The position numbers and the translations under genes are program-made. A model generated the notes under the pieces. The model saw nothing but the letters and a program-made list of their open reading frames with translations, did not search any database and was not told where the DNA came from. Below are positions 36,953 through 45,969 of a DNA stretch of 64,000 bases, one piece after another (position 1 is the first letter of the stretch; the number at the start of each line of letters is the position of its first letter). This stretch comes from Spirochaetales bacterium (GTDB taxonomy: Bacteria > Spirochaetota > Spirochaetia > Treponematales > UBA12059), in NCBI GenBank assembly GCA_016928955.1, contig JAFGJV010000047.1, positions 1-64,000 of the forward strand. Direction: 5' to 3'.

Positions 36953-37261
36953 ATGATTCTGACCTTGATCCGGACCGCCAAAAACGGCGCCATCCAGTAC
37001 TACACCCTCCACGATCGTCAGCCCTTGTTGACGGCTCCCTTTGCCCTGACCGCGGCCTGGCGGGTGGGTAACGGGCGGGAGCGGGAACGGGTATACGGTT
37101 TCGAGAGCAGGGCGGATATGGACGCCGCCCTGAGGCGCCTTTTTGCCCTGAGGATCAAAGCCGGGTACAGCCTGCTGTACAGCTTTCAGCGTCAGGGACC
37201 CGTGTTCACCCCGGGTGAAGGCAACACGGACAGCCAAAGGAGAACGGCGCGCGGAAGCTGA
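36953..37261 (+). CDS. Small WGR-domain-like hypothetical protein
   Basis: YY.LH..Q.LL..F.L..AW.VG....F.S...RIKAGY pattern resembling the WGR fold. Confidence 0.6.
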   Translation: MILTLIRTAKNGAIQYYTLHDRQPLLTAPFALTAAWRVGNGRERERVYGFESRADMDAALRRLFALRIKAGYSLLYSFQRQGPVFTPGEGNTDSQRRTARGS

Positions 37262-37293
37262 GGATCAGCTCCGCAGCCCAGCGCACGCGGGCT

Positions 37294-38589
37294 TTAGTCC
37301 TTGTCCAAACCCGGCGGCTGCATTCGTTCCATGTCGATGAGCTGTTCAGCCAGCTTCCTGACGTCTTCCCTGAGCTTGAAAATGCAGTCGGTCTTGACGG
37401 CCAGGCCTCTGGCCACATCCTCGGCAAAGGCCCGGCAACTGGGCGCGCCGCAGGATCCGCAGTCGAGTCCGGGCAGGGATTCAGCTATAACTTCCATTTC
37501 TTCCATCATGATCATGGCTTTGAGTATGTCTTTGTCCAGCCTGAGCGCCGGCCTGGGCTGAACTGATTCCTGCCACAGGATGTTAAATCCGGACGCGTCC
37601 AGGGGCGCTTCCCGTTCGGGCAAGGCGTCTATTCTCCGCTCCCGCACGCGTATGCGCCCGCGCGCTATATACGGGTTTTCCACCGTCAGGGGGCCGCCCA
37701 CGCAGCCGGCGGGGCAGGCCAGGGCCTCTATGAAGGTGACGTTGCGCATGGTGCCGTTTTCCAGGGCTTCGAACACGCTGATCACGTCGTCGATGCCGCT
37801 CACGGATATGCCTCTGGGGTCGCCAAGCGCGTCGCTCTCGCCGTCGATATGGGCCCAGCCCAGGCCCTTGCCCCGGGCCCGGCCCAAGGGCCGCTCCGGA
37901 ACTCCGGGCAGTATGTTGCGCAGGGGCAGGTACACGTCCTTGATGCCTATGACCCCGTCCACGGCGGACGCGGTTGTGCCCTGGGGACAGCGCGATACGG
38001 TCACCTTGGCCGCGCAGGGCGAGATGAAAAAAACCCCAATGTCGTCCCGGCCGGGGTACATGCGCTCCTTGACCAGCCGTGCGGCCGCCTCCATGGGCGA
38101 CAGGATGGGTACCAGCTTGTCCAGGAGGCTCGGGAAACGCACCTGTATGAGCTTGACGACCGCCGGGCAGGCGGAAGATATCCAGGGTCCCTGCCCGCTG
38201 TGTTCCCGCACCCAGGCGCTTGTGGCCGCCGATACGAGCTCGGCAGCCCACGCCACCTCCAGGACATCGGTAAAGCCAAGGGCCAGGAGGCCGCAGAGGA
38301 TATGGTCCACCGTATAGCGTTCGTCAAACTGGCCGTACAGGGTGGGAGCCGGTATGGCCACGCGGACGGGGAAGCGCTCCAGGGCGGCCAGGGGATCTGA
38401 TACAGCCCGCTTGGCGCCCTGCGGACAGCGCCGTATGCACTCTCCGCAGTCTATGCAGCGCTCGTCCATGATGGACGCCCGCCCCTTGCGCACCCTGATG
38501 GCTTCTGTTGGGCAGAAGCGGATGCAGGTTGTGCAGCCGGTGCATTTGGCGGGGTCCAGGGTGACCGAATGAAACGATTCGCCGTTCAT
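37294..38589 (-). CDS. [FeFe]-hydrogenase-like Fe-S protein (putative sensory/regulatory, group D-like)
   Basis: N-terminal 2x[4Fe-4S] motifs; H-cluster-like ISSACP, ISPCAAK, EALACPAGCVGG; C-terminal LPGLDCGSCGAPSC Fe-S domain. Confidence 0.85.
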   Translation of the reverse strand: MNGESFHSVTLDPAKCTGCTTCIRFCPTEAIRVRKGRASIMDERCIDCGECIRRCPQGAKRAVSDPLAALERFPVRVAIPAPTLYGQFDERYTVDHILCGLLALGFTDVLEVAWAAELVSAATSAWVREHSGQGPWISSACPAVVKLIQVRFPSLLDKLVPILSPMEAAARLVKERMYPGRDDIGVFFISPCAAKVTVSRCPQGTTASAVDGVIGIKDVYLPLRNILPGVPERPLGRARGKGLGWAHIDGESDALGDPRGISVSGIDDVISVFEALENGTMRNVTFIEALACPAGCVGGPLTVENPYIARGRIRVRERRIDALPEREAPLDASGFNILWQESVQPRPALRLDKDILKAMIMMEEMEVIAESLPGLDCGSCGAPSCRAFAEDVARGLAVKTDCIFKLREDVRKLAEQLIDMERMQPPGLDKD

Positions 38590-39020
38590 GCGTCGGGTCC
38601 AGTCGGCGTCCCGAGCCTGACCACTATGGTCACCCGGGTGCCCCTTCCCGGTTCGGTGTCTATGTCAAGGTAGTCGGAGTTGCGCTTCATGTTGGGAAGG
38701 CCCATGCCCGCTCCAAATCCCAGTTCCCTCATTCGTTCGGGGGCCGTGGAGAACCCTTCCTGCATGGCCATATCCAGGTCCTGGATGCCTGGGCCCGAGT
38801 CCTCCAGCACCACGGTAACCTTGTCCGGCTCTATGGTCGCGTTGGCCACCCCGCCGCCCGCGTGTATGACCATGTTCATCTCGGCTTCGTACATGGCCAC
38901 GGCGACGCGTTTGAGTTCGGCCGGGTTCACGCCAAGCCGGGAGAGGGCCCTCTTGACCTCGGTGCTTGCCTTGCCTGCCAGGCTCATATCGTCGCCAGGC
39001 ACGTCGTAGTGGAGCGTCAC
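38586..39020 (-). CDS. Anti-sigma regulatory factor / Ser-Thr kinase (RsbT/RsbW-like HATPase)
   Basis: YEAEMNMVIHA, DSGPGI, GFGAGMGLPNMKR, GTRV. Confidence 0.88.
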   Translation of the reverse strand: MTLHYDVPGDDMSLAGKASTEVKRALSRLGVNPAELKRVAVAMYEAEMNMVIHAGGGVANATIEPDKVTVVLEDSGPGIQDLDMAMQEGFSTAPERMRELGFGAGMGLPNMKRNSDYLDIDTEPGRGTRVTIVVRLGTPTGPDA

Positions 39021-39382
39021 GACGCCCGCGGAGCCCTGGTGCCGCTGGAGCGCAGCCCGGCCTCATAGAGCCGGCCGCAGGCAACGAACATGGTGTAGTC
39101 GGTGGCCAGGAGGGCCATGCCGTTGGATGTTGCCTCCGCCACCATGTCCTTGGACGGGTGCTTGCCCCTGACGAAAACAACCACCCTGATGTCCATCAAG
39201 TCGGCCGTGCGTATGGCCTGGGGATTGACCAGTCCGGTGAGCAGGACCACACCATCTTTCACAAAGGCCATGACGTCGGACATGAGATCTGCGCCGCAGG
39301 CGGCCGCCAGGTCCGTATCCAGGAGGCTTTCTCCGGTAATGAGTTCGGCGTCCAGGATTTTGGCTATCTCGCGCACGGTCAT
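39017..39382 (-). CDS. DRTGG domain protein
   Basis: GADLMSDVMAF, LLTGLVNPQAIRTA, FVRGK. Confidence 0.85.
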   Translation of the reverse strand: MTVREIAKILDAELITGESLLDTDLAAACGADLMSDVMAFVKDGVVLLTGLVNPQAIRTADLMDIRVVVFVRGKHPSKDMVAEATSNGMALLATDYTMFVACGRLYEAGLRSSGTRAPRAS

Positions 39383-39506
39383 GGATGCTCCTGTCGGCGC
39401 GCGTCGAGCCGCGCTGCCGGTATCGTTAAAATATGGTCCATAACGACTCTAGCACGGGCCGCCGGCCACCGGCAAGAACCCGTCCCAGCGGACCATCACA
39501 AAATCC

Positions 39507-39533
39507 TAAAGCCGTTTTGCCCGCCGCCGATAA
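39507..39533 (+). promoter_or_regulatory. Sigma28 promoter of flaB
   Basis: TAAA-N15-GCCGATAA. Confidence 0.85.
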
Positions 39534-39668
39534 GTGGAGTGAAAGAGCCGTACCTGTCCGGCCTGTTCCGCACGCGCGAGCGGGGCATACCGGCCGGGGC
39601 GGGCTCTCACGGTTCACGTTCGCCGGCACGGCCGGAGGGGCGTTGAGTCGAAAATCGACACGACTATT

Positions 39669-39682
39669 CGGCACGGATGCCG
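39669..39682 (+). promoter_or_regulatory. Putative CsrA-binding hairpin in the flaB leader
   Basis: CGGCA-CGGA-TGCCG presents ACGGA in a hairpin; further AGGA motifs overlap the RBS. Confidence 0.6.
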
Positions 39683-39724
39683 GGCGGCCGTTGAGCCGCC
39701 GCTTCTAAGGAAAGGAGATCGGTT

Positions 39725-40585
39725 ATGATCATTAATCACAACCTCAGTGCGATGTTCGCAAATCGCTCCCTCAGTGTCACCAATTGGAACGTTGACAAGA
39801 ATATGGAGAAGCTCTCGTCGGGCCTGCGGATCAACCGCGCCGGCGACGACGCTTCGGGACTCGCCGTATCGGAGAAGATGCGCTCCCAGATCCGCGGCCT
39901 CCAGCGCGCGTCCAAGAACGCGCTGGACGGCATCTCGTTCATCCAGACCACGGAAGGCTACCTCCAGGAGACGCAGGACATCATCCAGCGCCTGCGCGAG
40001 CTGTCTGTCCAGGCGTCCAACGGCATCTACAGTGCCGAGGACCGCATGCAGATACAGGTGGAAGTCTCCCAGCTGGTCGACGAGATAGACCGCATAGCGA
40101 GCCATGCCCAGTTCAACGGCATGAACCTTCTCACCGGGCGCTTTGCCCGCGAGACCGGCGAAAACATCATCACCGGTTCCATGTGGTTCCATATCGGCGC
40201 CAACATGGACCAGCGCGAGCAGGCCTTCATCGGCACCATGACCTCCAAGGCCCTGGGCGTGAAGAACATCGGCGATGATTCCATCCTGTCACTGTCCAGC
40301 CCGGACGGCGCCAACAGGTCCATCGGCGTGCTTGACTCGGCCCTCAAGAGGGTCAGCAAGCAGCGCGCCGACCTTGGCGCCTACCAGACCAGGCTCGAGC
40401 ACGCGATCCGCGGTATCGACATCGGCGCCGAGAACATGCAGGCAGCCGAGAGCCGCATCCGCGACGCGGACATGGCCACCGAAATGGTCGAGTACACGAA
40501 GAACCAGATACTCGCCCAGGCCGGAAACGCCATGCTTGCCCAGGCCAACCAGAAAACGCAGCAGGTGCTCCAGCTCCTCCAGTAA
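39725..40585 (+). CDS. flaB: Periplasmic flagellar filament core protein FlaB
   Basis: [54 protein letters not shown]. Confidence 0.97.
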   Translation: MIINHNLSAMFANRSLSVTNWNVDKNMEKLSSGLRINRAGDDASGLAVSEKMRSQIRGLQRASKNALDGISFIQTTEGYLQETQDIIQRLRELSVQASNGIYSAEDRMQIQVEVSQLVDEIDRIASHAQFNGMNLLTGRFARETGENIITGSMWFHIGANMDQREQAFIGTMTSKALGVKNIGDDSILSLSSPDGANRSIGVLDSALKRVSKQRADLGAYQTRLEHAIRGIDIGAENMQAAESRIRDADMATEMVEYTKNQILAQAGNAMLAQANQKTQQVLQLLQ

Positions 40586-40608
40586 GCCGGCGCCGCGCGG
40601 ACGTGAGG

Positions 40609-40639
40609 GGGCCGTTCCCGAGGGGACGGCCCTTTTTTT
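40609..40639 (+). terminator. flaB intrinsic terminator
   Basis: GGCCGTTCC..GGGACGGCC stem + T7. Confidence 0.85.
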
Positions 40640-40746
40640 CACCGCTAGGCAGGCTGGTGGCAGAGCGACATGCTTTTTCATCAGCATACTAGCCGCGCAC
40701 ACTCCCGCTTGCGTTCCCGCCGGGGCGCCCGTATAATGCGCGCACC

Positions 40747-42219
40747 ATGCGCGAGCCGGACAACGACATACGACAAGAAATTCTGGAACGGGTGTTTCCG
40801 GCCCTCCGGTACGGCGGGGATCCGGACATTGAGCGCTATTTCGAGCTCAGGCGTTCCGGCCGCATGCTGGACGCCCTGTCCGTGTACATGTCGCGGCTGA
40901 AGCCGCGTTACCCAGACGACAGGCAGCGGGTGACCTTGCTTGGCCTCTACCGCACGGGGTCGCCGGCCTATACGGACTATCTGTCGTCGCTCCTGTACGC
41001 CCGCGCTGACGCCATCATCGTCGCCATAAAAGCGGCCATAGACAAGCTGACGGCACCCCTGGCGGGCATCCGCCTCAAGGACACGTACGCCGTGCTCAAG
41101 GCCGTGGAACGGGTGGCCAGACTCCTTCCGGACGACGCTGACGCGGCCAGGAACGCCGCCGGGCTCTATGAGGAATACGCGCGCATTCTGGACTATCGGA
41201 AACGAGAGATGGGAGACGTGTCCTATCTCCTGTCGGAATTCTACGACCAGGCCACCCTCGGCTCGGATGACGCCCCCGATTTTGTCACGGAAAGCTGGAA
41301 GGCAGAGGAAGAGCGCAGGATCCGGGAAGCCGAGCGTGAGCGCAAGAATTTTTTTGACTTGTCAAAAATCGAGTTCGACGAAGAAGACGTACGGCGCATA
41401 GAAATTCCGCCGGCCATAGGCCGTGACGAGGACCGCGTGCTTGCCTATTGCCACAAATACTGGCTCCTGGTCGAGGATCCAGCCTTTGAGCGGGTCGTGT
41501 GGCTGTACTCGCGCAAGTACGGTACCAAGCATTACGACGTGTACCGGGCCATCAAGATGGGCAGGCGACGCAAGTACGCGGACGACGAGATCCTGACCCT
41601 GGTGGCCACGACCATAGCCGAGCGCTACTCGTACACGGTCCGGGGCGACCTGTACATGCAGGCCGCCTGGCGCAGGGTCAAGGCGGCTTTGTACGGACAG
41701 GCGCCGGCTCCCGTTGCGGTTCAGAGCGGCCGGGAACGGGCATCCGCCCGGACGTCACGGCAGGCGGCAGATCCGCGTTCCCAAGTTGCTAGAAAGCCAT
41801 CGTCCCCTGCGTCGGCGGAAGGCTCAGCCGCGCCTCAGGATACGCCCGTGGACTCACGGCGTCGCCCTGCGCCCGCACCGTTTGGCGCTTCCAGGCAAAC
41901 GCCCGAACCCGCGGGGTCCATATCCGACCGGATACGCGTGTTGTCCGGACGGGCCTACGACGTGTACCGCGACATTTTCCTGGAACAGGTCAGGGGGCAC
42001 ATACGCGACGCCCTTGTGTCCCCCCGACGGAGCTCGGCCTTTGGCGACGCCCTGAACCGGGCCGAGGCTTTGGTCCATGATTTTATGGAACGGAATTACG
42101 CCAATCCCTACATGAACTGGGCGGACTCAGAGCACCGCGAACGGCTGTCCACTCTCGGATATGACTTGCCCGAACTCGAGGGCATCATAGACGCGTGCTA
42201 CCGGAAAATCAGCGCGTAG
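40747..42219 (+). CDS. Hypothetical protein
   Basis: Long ORF with native codon usage; TTGCGT-N17-TATAAT promoter directly upstream. Confidence 0.8.
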   Translation: MREPDNDIRQEILERVFPALRYGGDPDIERYFELRRSGRMLDALSVYMSRLKPRYPDDRQRVTLLGLYRTGSPAYTDYLSSLLYARADAIIVAIKAAIDKLTAPLAGIRLKDTYAVLKAVERVARLLPDDADAARNAAGLYEEYARILDYRKREMGDVSYLLSEFYDQATLGSDDAPDFVTESWKAEEERRIREAERERKNFFDLSKIEFDEEDVRRIEIPPAIGRDEDRVLAYCHKYWLLVEDPAFERVVWLYSRKYGTKHYDVYRAIKMGRRRKYADDEILTLVATTIAERYSYTVRGDLYMQAAWRRVKAALYGQAPAPVAVQSGRERASARTSRQAADPRSQVARKPSSPASAEGSAAPQDTPVDSRRRPAPAPFGASRQTPEPAGSISDRIRVLSGRAYDVYRDIFLEQVRGHIRDALVSPRRSSAFGDALNRAEALVHDFMERNYANPYMNWADSEHRERLSTLGYDLPELEGIIDACYRKISA

Positions 42220-42238
42220 CCGATCGCCACGGCGTGCG

Positions 42239-42826
42239 TTACAGGCCGGTGCGTCCCCTGAAGGACCGGACCAGGGTCAGCCGGTCCGCGTACTCCAGGT
42301 CGCCGCCCACGGGCATGCCCGTGGCCAGCCGGCTTACCCTGACGCCGGTGGCGTCCAGCATCCTCTTGACGTAGAGGGCAGTCGTGTCGCCTTCAACCGT
42401 TGGGTTGGTGGCCAGGATCACCTCGCGCACGCCCAGTTCCCGTACGCGGTCCACCAGGCGGTCCAGCCTGAGCGCGTCAGGGCCCACGCCGTCCAGCGGG
42501 GAAATAAGCCCGCCAAGGACATGGTACAGACCGTGGTATTCCCTGGATGCCTCTATGGTGAGCACGTCCTGCGGTTGCTCGACCACGCACAGGACGCTCC
42601 TGTCCCGGGAGGGCGACGAACATACCGGGCAGGGATCCTCCTCGGTGTAGGCGCCGCAACGCGAGCAGAAACGCACTTTGTCCTTGAGTCCGGTTATGCG
42701 CTCGGCCAGCAAAGCCGCGAACTGTCCGTCCAGCTTGAGGATATGAAAGGCCATCCGGTACGCGCTTTTCTTGCCTATGCCGGGCAGACGGGACAAAAGT
42801 GTAACCAGATCCTCAAGGGCTTTCAC
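42239..42826 (-). CDS. recR: Recombination mediator RecR
   Basis: LPGIGKKSA, C4 zinc finger, YHVLGGLISPLDGVGP, ATNPTVEGDTTA. Confidence 0.96.
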   Translation of the reverse strand: MKALEDLVTLLSRLPGIGKKSAYRMAFHILKLDGQFAALLAERITGLKDKVRFCSRCGAYTEEDPCPVCSSPSRDRSVLCVVEQPQDVLTIEASREYHGLYHVLGGLISPLDGVGPDALRLDRLVDRVRELGVREVILATNPTVEGDTTALYVKRMLDATGVRVSRLATGMPVGGDLEYADRLTLVRSFRGRTGL

Positions 42827-43161
42827 GGATTTCCGCCCGGGGTTCCCATCATGCCTCCCAGGCCGCCCATGGACCGTGACAGTTCGGCCTGCATGGCATC
42901 CTTGACCTTGGCCGCCGCGTCGTTGTGCGCGGCAACGATAAGATCCTGGAGCATGCCAACGTCGTTCGGGTCCACGACCTCGGGGCTGATCTCAACGCCT
43001 ATCAGGTCCATGGCCCCGTTGATGGTCAGCTTGACCATGCCGCCCCCGGCGGATCCCACCGCGCTGACCGATGCCATGCGTTCCTGGGCTTCCTGGGCCT
43101 GCCTCTGCAGGGCCTGCGGATCCTTGAGCATCTTCATGATCTGACCGAGATCCATTGCCAT
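42823..43161 (-). CDS. ybaB: YbaB/EbfC nucleoid-associated protein
   Basis: GSAGGGMVK, MLQDLIVAAHNDA; dnaX-ybaB-recR synteny. Confidence 0.93.
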   Translation of the reverse strand: MAMDLGQIMKMLKDPQALQRQAQEAQERMASVSAVGSAGGGMVKLTINGAMDLIGVEISPEVVDPNDVGMLQDLIVAAHNDAAAKVKDAMQAELSRSMGGLGGMMGTPGGNP

Positions 43162-43202
43162 CTACCTCCGCGTGCGCGCCTATCGTATAAGCGCGTCGGT
43201 AT

Positions 43203-44882
43203 CTACTGTGGGCCGTTTGAATCCTGCTGGACGCGGCGGCCCCTGAAGACCCGCTCCACGATTTCCACGGGATTACCCGGCCCGTCGTCTCCGTCCGAGG
43301 ATCCTTCGTCGTCATGGTTGCCAGACGGGGTTGTGGTTTCCCGGCTTTCCGTCTGGGACCGTACCGACGCCCGTGCCTCGACCTTGATGGCCCGGCCGGC
43401 CAGTTCGGCCGCCTTTTTTGCCACCAGCGCGGCGTCGGACATGACCGTGTTGGCGTCGTATCCGTTGCCGCAGGGCACAACGAGGGTGTCGCCGTCCATG
43501 CTCCAGGGCCCCGAGCGCTCCAGGCACAGGCTGAGCAGTACCCGGTTTTTGCCAAGCGAGGCAATCAGGGCCGCCCGGAAGGCCGCTGGATCAGTGAGCA
43601 TGTCGGCCTGGGCGGGAGCGTCGCTCAGCAGGTCCTCATCGGCCTGGACGCTGGCCTTGGGGTGGCCTGGGCGCTGGGGCGGCGGGCTTTGCCTGGTTTC
43701 TGGAGCGGAATCCGGCGTATCGTTATGGACGCGCAGGCCGCCGGATACGGCCGCCTTGAGATTGGCTACCGCTTTTGACAGGTCAGCCGGGGGAATATAG
43801 TCCTTGATGGTACTCAGCCGCGACACCGCCAGCTCCAGTTCCCACCGCGGATTGACGCTATAGCGCATGTTCCTGTGCAGGTCAAAGAGGTTGGCCAGCA
43901 CGCGTTCAAGGCGTGGCGCGTCCAGCCCGTCCAGGATGCTGTGCGGGAAGCTGGCGCGGGGAGCACCCAGAAGGGCTTCCCTGTCCACTCCGCTCGCAAT
44001 GAGCAGGAGGGACCGAGCGTAGGAGACGGCATCCTGGGTGAACTGCTCTACGGACACGCCGGACGCAAGTATAGAGTCCATGAGCTCAAGGGCGGGGCCA
44101 CGCTGTCCCTTGACGCACAGTTCGAAGATCGCGCCCATGCGTTCGCCGCCCACCAGACCGAGTTTGTCCCGGATCTTTTCCGCCGTTATGTGCCCGTCCG
44201 AAAACGACGCTACCTGGTCAAAGAGCGTGTACGCGTCGCGGAGCGATCCCGTGGCCTCTCGGGCGATCCATAGAAGGGCATCGTCGTCGGCCTTGACGCC
44301 AAGATCGCCGGCCGCCTGGGAAAGGCGTTCCTTGATTGCGTCCAGGCCAATCAGCCTGAAGTTGAACTGCTGGCAGCGGCTCTTGATGGTGGCCGGGACT
44401 TTGTGCAGCTCCGTGGTGGCAAATATGAACACGATGTACGGCGGCGGTTCCTCTATGGTTTTGAGCAGGGCATTGAAGGCGCTGTTGGACAGCATGTGCA
44501 CTTCGTCGATGATGTATATCTTGTATTTTGAAGAATTGGGCGGGAAGAGCACCTCGTCCTTGATCTGACGCACGTTGTCCACGGACGTGTTGGACGCGCC
44601 GTCAATCTCTATGACGTCAAGGGCGGCACCCCTGGCAATGGCTTTGCATGAATCGCATACCCCGCAGGGTTCCGCGGTGGGGCCGTTCTCGCAATTCAGC
44701 GCTTTGGCCAGGATTCTGGCCGTGCTGGTCTTGCCGCAACCCCGAGGTCCGGAGAAAAGGTATGCGTGCGCGATACGTCCGGATGCGATGGATGCGCGGA
44801 GCGTGGTGGACACAAAGTCCTGTCCCGCCAGCTCCTCAAAAGTCTGGGGCCTTTTGCGCGTTGCGGTGATCTCGTAAGCCAT
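43203..44882 (-). CDS. dnaX: DNA polymerase III subunit gamma/tau
   Basis: HAYLFSGPRGCGKT, EIDGASN, IIDEVHMLS, TIKSRCQ. Confidence 0.96.
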   Translation of the reverse strand: MAYEITATRKRPQTFEELAGQDFVSTTLRASIASGRIAHAYLFSGPRGCGKTSTARILAKALNCENGPTAEPCGVCDSCKAIARGAALDVIEIDGASNTSVDNVRQIKDEVLFPPNSSKYKIYIIDEVHMLSNSAFNALLKTIEEPPPYIVFIFATTELHKVPATIKSRCQQFNFRLIGLDAIKERLSQAAGDLGVKADDDALLWIAREATGSLRDAYTLFDQVASFSDGHITAEKIRDKLGLVGGERMGAIFELCVKGQRGPALELMDSILASGVSVEQFTQDAVSYARSLLLIASGVDREALLGAPRASFPHSILDGLDAPRLERVLANLFDLHRNMRYSVNPRWELELAVSRLSTIKDYIPPADLSKAVANLKAAVSGGLRVHNDTPDSAPETRQSPPPQRPGHPKASVQADEDLLSDAPAQADMLTDPAAFRAALIASLGKNRVLLSLCLERSGPWSMDGDTLVVPCGNGYDANTVMSDAALVAKKAAELAGRAIKVEARASVRSQTESRETTTPSGNHDDEGSSDGDDGPGNPVEIVERVFRGRRVQQDSNGPQ

Positions 44883-44932
44883 GGCGGGGAGGATACCACA
44901 GAGGGCGGCGGCGTACAAGGATGCCGCTCTCA

Positions 44933-45046
44933 AGCGCCCGTAGCCAGGCTTGCTACGGCACAACGTCCATCCGCTTACCGTTGCTTCCTTCCGGACCTGG
45001 CGGGGTTAGGCGGCGGCCGCTAGCGTAGGGCCTGGCTACGGGCGCT
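44933..45046 (-). ncRNA. ffs: Signal recognition particle RNA (small/4.5S type)
   Basis: CAGGTCCGGAAGGAAGCAAC core on the minus strand inside a long terminal stem; upstream of dnaX. Confidence 0.93.
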
Positions 45047-45059
45047 CGAAACGCGGCGA

Positions 45060-45145
45060 CGGAGAGAGGGGGATTCGAACCCCCGGTGCCTTGTGGGCAC
45101 GCACGCTTTCCAAGCGTGGACCTTAAACCACTCGGACATCTCTCC
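45060..45145 (-). tRNA. tRNA-Ser(GGA)
   Basis: Cloverleaf, anticodon arm CACGC-TTGGAAA-GCGTG, long variable arm; CCA not encoded. Confidence 0.95.
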
Positions 45146-45172
45146 AGGCAAACAAGTCCGTTTTTACATCCG

Positions 45173-45274
45173 TCCTGGCGCCTGTTCCTCCCGTTGGTCG
45201 GCGAGGGCTCGGTTCGAATCCCCCGGACGATCAACAAAGGTACTTGGCACCACTCAGCTGCCGAACAGCTAGTA
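45173..45274. repeat. tRNA-Ser-linked repeat, truncated copy
   Basis: 102 nt aligning to 45575-45676; the first 52 nt are identical. Confidence 0.9.
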
Positions 45275-45361
45275 CGGAGAGAGGGGGATTCGAACCCCCG
45301 GAACCCGCGAGGGTTCAACGGTTTTCGAGACCGCCCGATTCAACCGCTCTCGCATCTCTCC
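45275..45361 (-). tRNA. tRNA-Ser(CGA)
   Basis: Anticodon arm GCGGT-CTCGAAA-ACCGT, long variable arm. Confidence 0.95.
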
Positions 45362-45412
45362 AAATGCGCGGACCTGAAAAAAGGCCTTGCGGCCTCTTCT
45401 CAGACATCCTAG

Positions 45413-45486
45413 TGAGGCTAAGAGGATTCGAACCTCCGACCTTCAGATCCGCAATCTGACGCTCTATCCAGCTGAGCTATAACCTC
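45413..45486 (-). tRNA. tRNA-Arg(GCG)
   Basis: Anticodon arm TCAGA-TTGCGGA-TCTGA. Confidence 0.95.
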
Positions 45487-45497
45487 ATGTCAAAGAA

Positions 45498-45676
45498 CGG
45501 AGAGGGGGGGATTCGGTTTTCCGCGCTCGCTTCCTGCTCACGCGTAAAACCCGCCTCGCCCTCTGCCGGCGCTATCCTGGCGCCTGTTCCTCCCGTTGGT
45601 CGGCGAGGGCTCGGTTCGAATCCCCCAGACGATCAACATAGGTACCTGACGCCACTCGGCCGCCAAACATACAGTA
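45498..45676. repeat. tRNA-Ser-linked repeat, full copy ending in an 18-bp duplicate of the tRNA 3' end
   Basis: CGGAGAGGGGGGGATTCG at both 45498-45515 and 45677-45694; internal hairpins. Confidence 0.88.
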
Positions 45677-45764
<88 letters not shown>

Positions 45765-45804
45765 AAGGAGCCCCTCGTGAAGCCTTATGCCCTGGGGCCG
45801 GTTT

Positions 45805-45889
45805 CGGAGTAGGGGGGATTCGAACCCCCGGTGCCTTTCGGCACAACGGTTTTCAAGACCGCCTCCTTAAACCGCTCGGACACCACTCC
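45805..45889 (-). tRNA. tRNA-Ser(TGA)
   Basis: Anticodon arm GCGGT-CTTGAAA-ACCGT, long variable arm. Confidence 0.95.
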
Positions 45890-45903
45890 ACGCGTGCCGG
45901 ACA

Positions 45904-45932
45904 ACAATAGAAAAAAATAAGACCTCTGTCAA
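45904..45932 (-). promoter_or_regulatory. Sigma70 promoter of the tRNA operon
   Basis: TTGACA-N17-TATTGT. Confidence 0.8.
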
Positions 45933-45969
45933 GACGGCGCCGCCGGAAGGACAGGGCGGCGGGATCGCA

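Noticed and set aside
43413..43420. A-AAA-AAG slippery heptamer in dnaX (GCA AAA AAG), as in the E. coli gamma/tau frameshift
   Set aside because: It lies close to the C-terminus, has no upstream SD-like stimulator, and has only a weak, too-close hairpin; probably just Ala-Lys-Lys.
45506..45626. Plus-strand GGTTCGAATCCCCC suggesting an extra tRNA gene
   Set aside because: No D-arm or canonical anticodon arm; it is part of the tRNA-linked repeat.
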